Shown: positions 58,901-64,000 of the stretch, piece after piece
How the letters are laid out: each line of letters begins with the position of its first letter
How positions within the stretch are numbered: position 1 is the first letter of the stretch
NCBI GenBank assembly: GCA_002633005.1
Contig: NMRA01000045.1
Location: 923,552-987,551 of the forward strand
Length of the DNA: 64,000 nt
DNA from: Phoronis australis
Lineage: Eukaryota > Animalia > Phoronida
Direction of reading: 5' to 3'
The notes under the pieces: generated by a model
What the model was told of the DNA's origin: nothing
What the model saw: the letters and a program-made list of their open reading frames with translations, nothing else
The model's database searches: none
Program-made: the position numbers and the translations under genes

Positions 58901-61620
58901 TGCGCACCGTTTTCGCTTGTTGAATCTCGCGGGGACTGGCGACAGTAGTCTGTATAGGTGGAAAGCTTCTCCAGTCCCTGTGAGTCTCTGGTGTCCGTAG
59001 GTGTATCGCGTTTGGCAAGGTCTTCTCTGATTGCCCCGCCTACTGCTTAGATGTTCTGCATTTGTTGCCATGAGGGCAATGCCTTTGACTGACATGTTGG
59101 AGTCAAAGTTTGCAAAATTGGTCCACGCAGTAGCCGCGGATTGGGGTCGTGTCTTACAGATTCGAAATGACTTTCGGACATTTTGTTGTCGCCAGGCAGC
59201 AGTTGACCGGTTTGCACGTGCGCGCACACGCTTCATTCTGTCTGGAGCTCCTATCAGCGACATCTTAAGGATGTCGACGGGTGAAGGCCACTCAGAATGG
59301 GCGTGTCTCTTTGCCTGTCGGGGTGACATGTCGGACCCCGGCCGTGCCTACTGGACACCTGTATCGCCTGGTTCTGTTGTTATGTTCCATTCTGTACCCA
59401 CGCAGGCAGTCTGGCTGCCTGCTGACGGGTAGTGACGTCATCTCCCCGGGGACAAACCAGCAGTGCGTTGCATCAGCGCTTCGTCCCCGAGGGTGATGGA
59501 GCTGTACCTTTACATCTGAGGCTGTGCGATAGCTGCACCCCTTGGTGTAACTGTGCATGTTGGCTGTGGATACTACAGGCAGCAGCTCGCCTGGCGCCCG
59601 TCGTATCCCAGCGCCCACTGGAGGCCTCCGGGCCTTCAGTCCTGCCAGGCGCCTGGTTTTCTCCACCCGTACTCGACTTCACCGTAGTTGAGCAGGCGCC
59701 TGGTTGATCTACCTCAAACATGAGCGAGCCGTCCAGGTTTCTGCGGCAGGCTCGCCCTGGTGTATCATATTCGTATACAGTGAACTCTGGCGGCAGAGCC
59801 GCTGGTGTTCAAAGCTTGAACATCATTTGTGCCTCTCACCTCGGAGTCAAGAGGCAGAGTTGGATGGCGTCGAGTCCAGTCACATCACAGTCTGCTTTGA
59901 AGACTCGCCAGCTGCCAACTGGTATGAACGATAAGCACGACTCGACTCCTTAGAGTCCCATGCGGTGACTCGATCTGTGATGGTTCAAAGTGGTCTTCGT
60001 GTTCACAAGTGAATAACTGTCGAGACACAACACAATGATGCGCGATTTCTATCGGATCTTCCTACTACGAAAAATAACTGTTCTTGGGCTCTTTTTAGAA
60101 TTTTCTTCATAATTTGTTTAAAATTAAAATTCTTACCTCTCGGTTAAACGATTGGTTATTTCAAAACTATTGCCTTAATCAGCCGCATCTTTGAATGAGA
60201 AGTCACATCGTGATGCTGTGTTACCGATGTTATCACACGACTGAACCGTGAACATTTTCTTCCAACCCCCCCCCCCTGATCTGGTCATTCCACCTTCTCT
60301 CACGTCCCAGCAAGTGAATATTCTATGTTGGCAACCTGCACATGTGCTAGTGGTTTGTTCCTTTCTATAACGTCTGAGCTTTTGCTCACTGGTTGCTTGA
60401 CGTCATTGAACACACCGTGTGTGTTTGGCACATTGCTTTTTGAAGCATGACTATTTCCGTCGCGTCCTCCTTGCTGTGGTATATCTGATTATGAGTTGCT
60501 GACACAAGCTCGGTTCTTCCATTGTGCTTTGAGAGAGTTGGTGGAGTGATTAGGCATTGTCGTAATGAGCTGATGTAGAAGCACTAGTCACGTGCTTCCT
60601 TTTTCGTGAAGCTTCTCGCAGTGTGAGTCGTCACGCAGCCTCTTCGTGTGGCTGCGAGCCGACGTCACTTTGCAAATGGTGGTAACCTTTTCCGTTGGGA
60701 GTTCGAAGGCCCTATTTCAATCAGTACCTGTTTGAATTCCTCATGTTAAAGAAACAATGGGAAGTGTTGCCATCCATTGTGAATAGGTCCTTGCCGTTCA
60801 AGATTCGCGCATATGCATAAGGCACCCTGTCCGATGTCGCCGCCTCGCTGTTACTCACGGGATTAGTGCAGCATATGCGACGAGGTGACGTCTGACATGT
60901 CGTGGCTCTGGGTGACATGTTGGATCCAGAGTTTGCATATTAACGACATAACGACGAGAACTGGTTTACGTCACGGAGAATGTCTTAAACTGTTGTGGTT
61001 CTCATGTTAAATTAGCAACAGTGAGGACATATCTTGCACTCTTTAGTGCCTGTTAGCAGTTTTGCACTGCTTTGAAAATTAACATTTCGCACATGTAACG
61101 TGAAAAACTAAAACGTCCTTCGGGACAAGAAGTAAGGTAATAAACTAAAACAACACTCTCGAAGATGTGATTTCTCCGTCAAAGAGCGATTCCATCAAGT
61201 CCGTTATTTTCCCTGCACACACTAATGTTTGAAAACTCTTTGAGCGGAGTGTCACAAATTTTCGTTGAACATTCAGACATTGTCAGTGATTGACGTTATA
61301 TAAATGACATATGGTCTCAAAAGGAACATGTTGAGTCCACTTTTTGGACGAAATAATGTTGATCAGTATGTCGGTGAAAGTGCTGTTTGTGGTGGGAGTC
61401 GTGCTCCCACTGGACTGTTACCATGGAAACTTATTTATTTTATAAATGAAACGCATCGTTTAAGTGGCGAAGGGACATTGCTAGGTTGGTTGTGGCTTTG
61501 GTCTGCTTGTGCCCTGCCTTGTATAATAGGGTTCAATCGCATTAGCTTATTATATATTCAGTCGGTTGTTGCATGTAGATTAGCTATGACAAAGTAATAA
61601 AACATCAGTTCTGTATTAAA
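55995..61620 (+). other. Probable 3' UTR region with candidate poly(A) signals at 56442-56447 and 61596-61601
   Basis: follows the stop codon; AATAAA hexamers; no convincing coding exons; true end unknown. Confidence 0.35.
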
Positions 61621-61890
61621 CAAACTTTGTTCGCGTTTTGCTTTTCATCGTCGTACCTACATGCGCAAGTATACATGTACGTCGCAGAAAGTTGACCAGA
61701 ATCACGAAATTTACCCTGTTCCTGCCAAATTCAAGTTGATGTTGCATGGGCCCCGAATTCGAGAGGTGAGTTGAAGTGCATTCATCGTGCGTCAGTCTCT
61801 CGTGACCGAAAGCAATCCAGAAAACCACGATGGCTACCTGGAGCTGGTTCAGTTGTCAAAACTGGCCAATGGTTCGTGTTTTTAAATGAT

Positions 61891-62054
61891 GCCAAACCCG
61901 GCTCTCGTTCAGTAAAGCAGTAAGCTAGGACCTCGCTAAAAAGCAAGACTGCGAGATTACGTGAGCTATTGCCGTGTATTTTAAATAAGGTCAGGCGACT
62001 TTGGCTAAATTTTAGCTAGGTCCTAGCGTTACTGAACGCACGCCCGGTTTTGGC
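61891..62054. mobile_element. Short palindromic MITE-like element
   Basis: gccaaacccggctctcgttcagtaa..gctaggacctcgctaaaa / ttttagctaggtcctagcgttactgaacgcacgcccggttttggc. Confidence 0.6.
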
Positions 62055-64000
62055 CCATTAACAGATGACTCGGTTCTCTAAAACAAAATAATTTTCTGTA
62101 ATCCTCGATAACCCTCAAAAGTTCAGAGGAACATTTGGAGACTAATATCAAGATCTGCTAAATGGTTAAGTGTGGCATACGCTTTTAGCGAAATACACGG
62201 CAACTGTGAGTAAAGACCACCCACTAAGGACCTTTAATGTCGAATTAGAGAAATACGGGTTATGAGCTTTTAGTTGATTCCTCCTTTTGTTTTGAGATTG
62301 ACGCCAATGATGCATTAACAGATGACAGAACGAGGACTGGTTGAAATCGTCAAACCGGGGCTTAGAATTCTTTTGAACTGGGAAATGACAAATTTGATAA
62401 CTGAAAAAGCAGAACTATGTTGATGGCCAGCAGTTTGACACAAGTCGGAATCGCCAATCCTGACTTGAGCGGATTTCTTGCTTTTAAAAATGCCAGGGTG
62501 GAAGTCTGGATGCACTCGCGTAAAACTGGGTAAACTTGTTCCTATTACAGACTAGCCAACTCGAATCTCTTGACTAGTGATTCGGGTAAAAAATTATTTT
62601 AAGATTTGCAAGGATAGGCTGGCTTTCCAAACGAGGACACGGTGGTCACCTCAACAATATACTTGTCCATTTCAGTTTCTGCATTATGAAATAAGTGTTT
62701 AGGATTTTTCGTATTGGCTTTCCAAAATTTTTACGTTGATTCCGCTCGGCACCTCAGCACATCTCTAGGGAAATTTTTGCGAGTAAGAGAAGCTATTGAA
62801 ACCAAGCACACTAGTTATCAAAACCACAAATGGTCACTTGGCGTTGGTTTTGATGCCCGAGATGATGAATTAATGTGGTGTGTTTTTTGACTGAACATAA
62901 ACTCATTTATAGGAAACGCTGACCAGGGTAGTTTCGTAAACGCAAATCTCTCACGAAGTCTTACAAATTCTTGCTTTTCTCGAAAGAAAATAGGTCTTCG
63001 GAACTGACGCTGGATGTCAAAAAATAATCTAAGCTGGTGATGACGTGCGAAGTAAATGATCAATGACGTCACAATCCGTGTGCTCCGCATGTGGTAGTTT
63101 ACAGTAAATGCGCATCACTGAAATTGTACATCACTTACTATAAATTGAGAACCTGCCGGAGAGGGGCCATGGTGATAGCATCAATTACTGCTCATTTTTG
63201 AAACTACACATGATTTCATATTTAGAAGCCCCTGCCCTTCGGGGAGGGGGGTCGTTGGTCTATTGGCACCAGGATTTCTTGTCTTGACCTATTCCCCTTC
63301 CTCACTGTTCATCGGATCGGGGGCGCAACAATGGAATCGATTAAACTGTTCTTTCCCGTTTTTTTTTTGAAATCATACAACTTACAAGGTATTGGAGGGC
63401 GATTCTTTTTTAGTTTTTACATGGCCTTTCGTATTAGTGGGCGGTATCCTCTCTTTGGAATACGGCCCTCAGTGCCCTTCGCACCAGCCCCTCCTACAAT
63501 CCAGTACTGATCTGATAACAAATCTCGAAGTCGAGAAAGCCGCAGAACATGTTCATGTGAAACTCAACACCATCAAGGGGTGTAGCACAACCAAGAATAT
63601 GGCATTGTAAAAATGGCCGTCAGCGGAAGTTAGAACAACTTTGAGACGGCATTTTATGAATTAGAGAAAGACGACATTAAGGTAATTCCAGTGCAAGGTT
63701 CCTTCTGTCTCAATGTTCACGTATCGACTGACTCAGTGGAGATTTTTCGACAATCACAAGCTAATGTAAAATGCTTCGATGAACGTGGGTGCAGGCTGAA
63801 ATTTGGGAAAACCTTTTTCACCCACGACTCCCACTTGGTATGATTTTTGGCAATCTTAACACACATCATACGCTGGCATAGGCAGAAGCCAGTATTCAAC
63901 AGGTAATCTAACGAGATTGTTTACAAGCGGGGGGGGGGTTGAAGTTAATGGCAAACTGTGATGTTACTTCCCAAAGAACGGGGCGGCGGGCAAACGTTGA

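Noticed and set aside
59031-59953. Chain of abutting ORFs resembling a prokaryotic operon or horizontal insert
   Set aside because: Mostly TTG/GTG starts, no recognisable domains and ORFs on both strands; explained by higher GC content.

Overview
Eukaryotic, intron-rich, AT-rich animal genomic DNA. It looks like an invertebrate, but the taxon cannot be fixed from sequence alone. About 0.8-56 kb on the + strand is one large gene for the myosin phosphatase targeting subunit (MYPT1/PPP1R12A/Mbs family). I walked its exons by hand with GT-AG boundaries and consistent phases: ankyrin repeats, the WRxGLRK..SASSP region, the RRSTQGVT (Thr696-type) ROCK site, the C-terminal coiled coil and the leucine zipper ending ENGALIRVISKLSK. 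The canonical exon 1 (MyPhoNE + KVKF) is not in the window. The main interest is a set of apparently swappable modules in the introns. (1) A 388-codon candidate first exon with an MGCxCSK acylation signal and its own GILK + KRVSF PP1-docking motifs, ending in HQ so that it splices in frame onto the ankyrin exon. (2) Two phase-enforced mutually exclusive exons carrying different versions of the Thr853-type phosphosite. (3) An internal first exon encoding a Tyr/Gly/Ser low-complexity domain, near a MEF2-consensus site, predicting an M20/M21-like short subunit. (4) A duplicated, diverged leucine-zipper exon upstream of the canonical last exon. Introns also hold MITEs, a Helentron-like element, SINE fragments, tandem repeats that copy splice sites, and one probable assembly duplication. 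All isoform claims are inferences from splice signals, reading phase and motifs; no transcript data were available.
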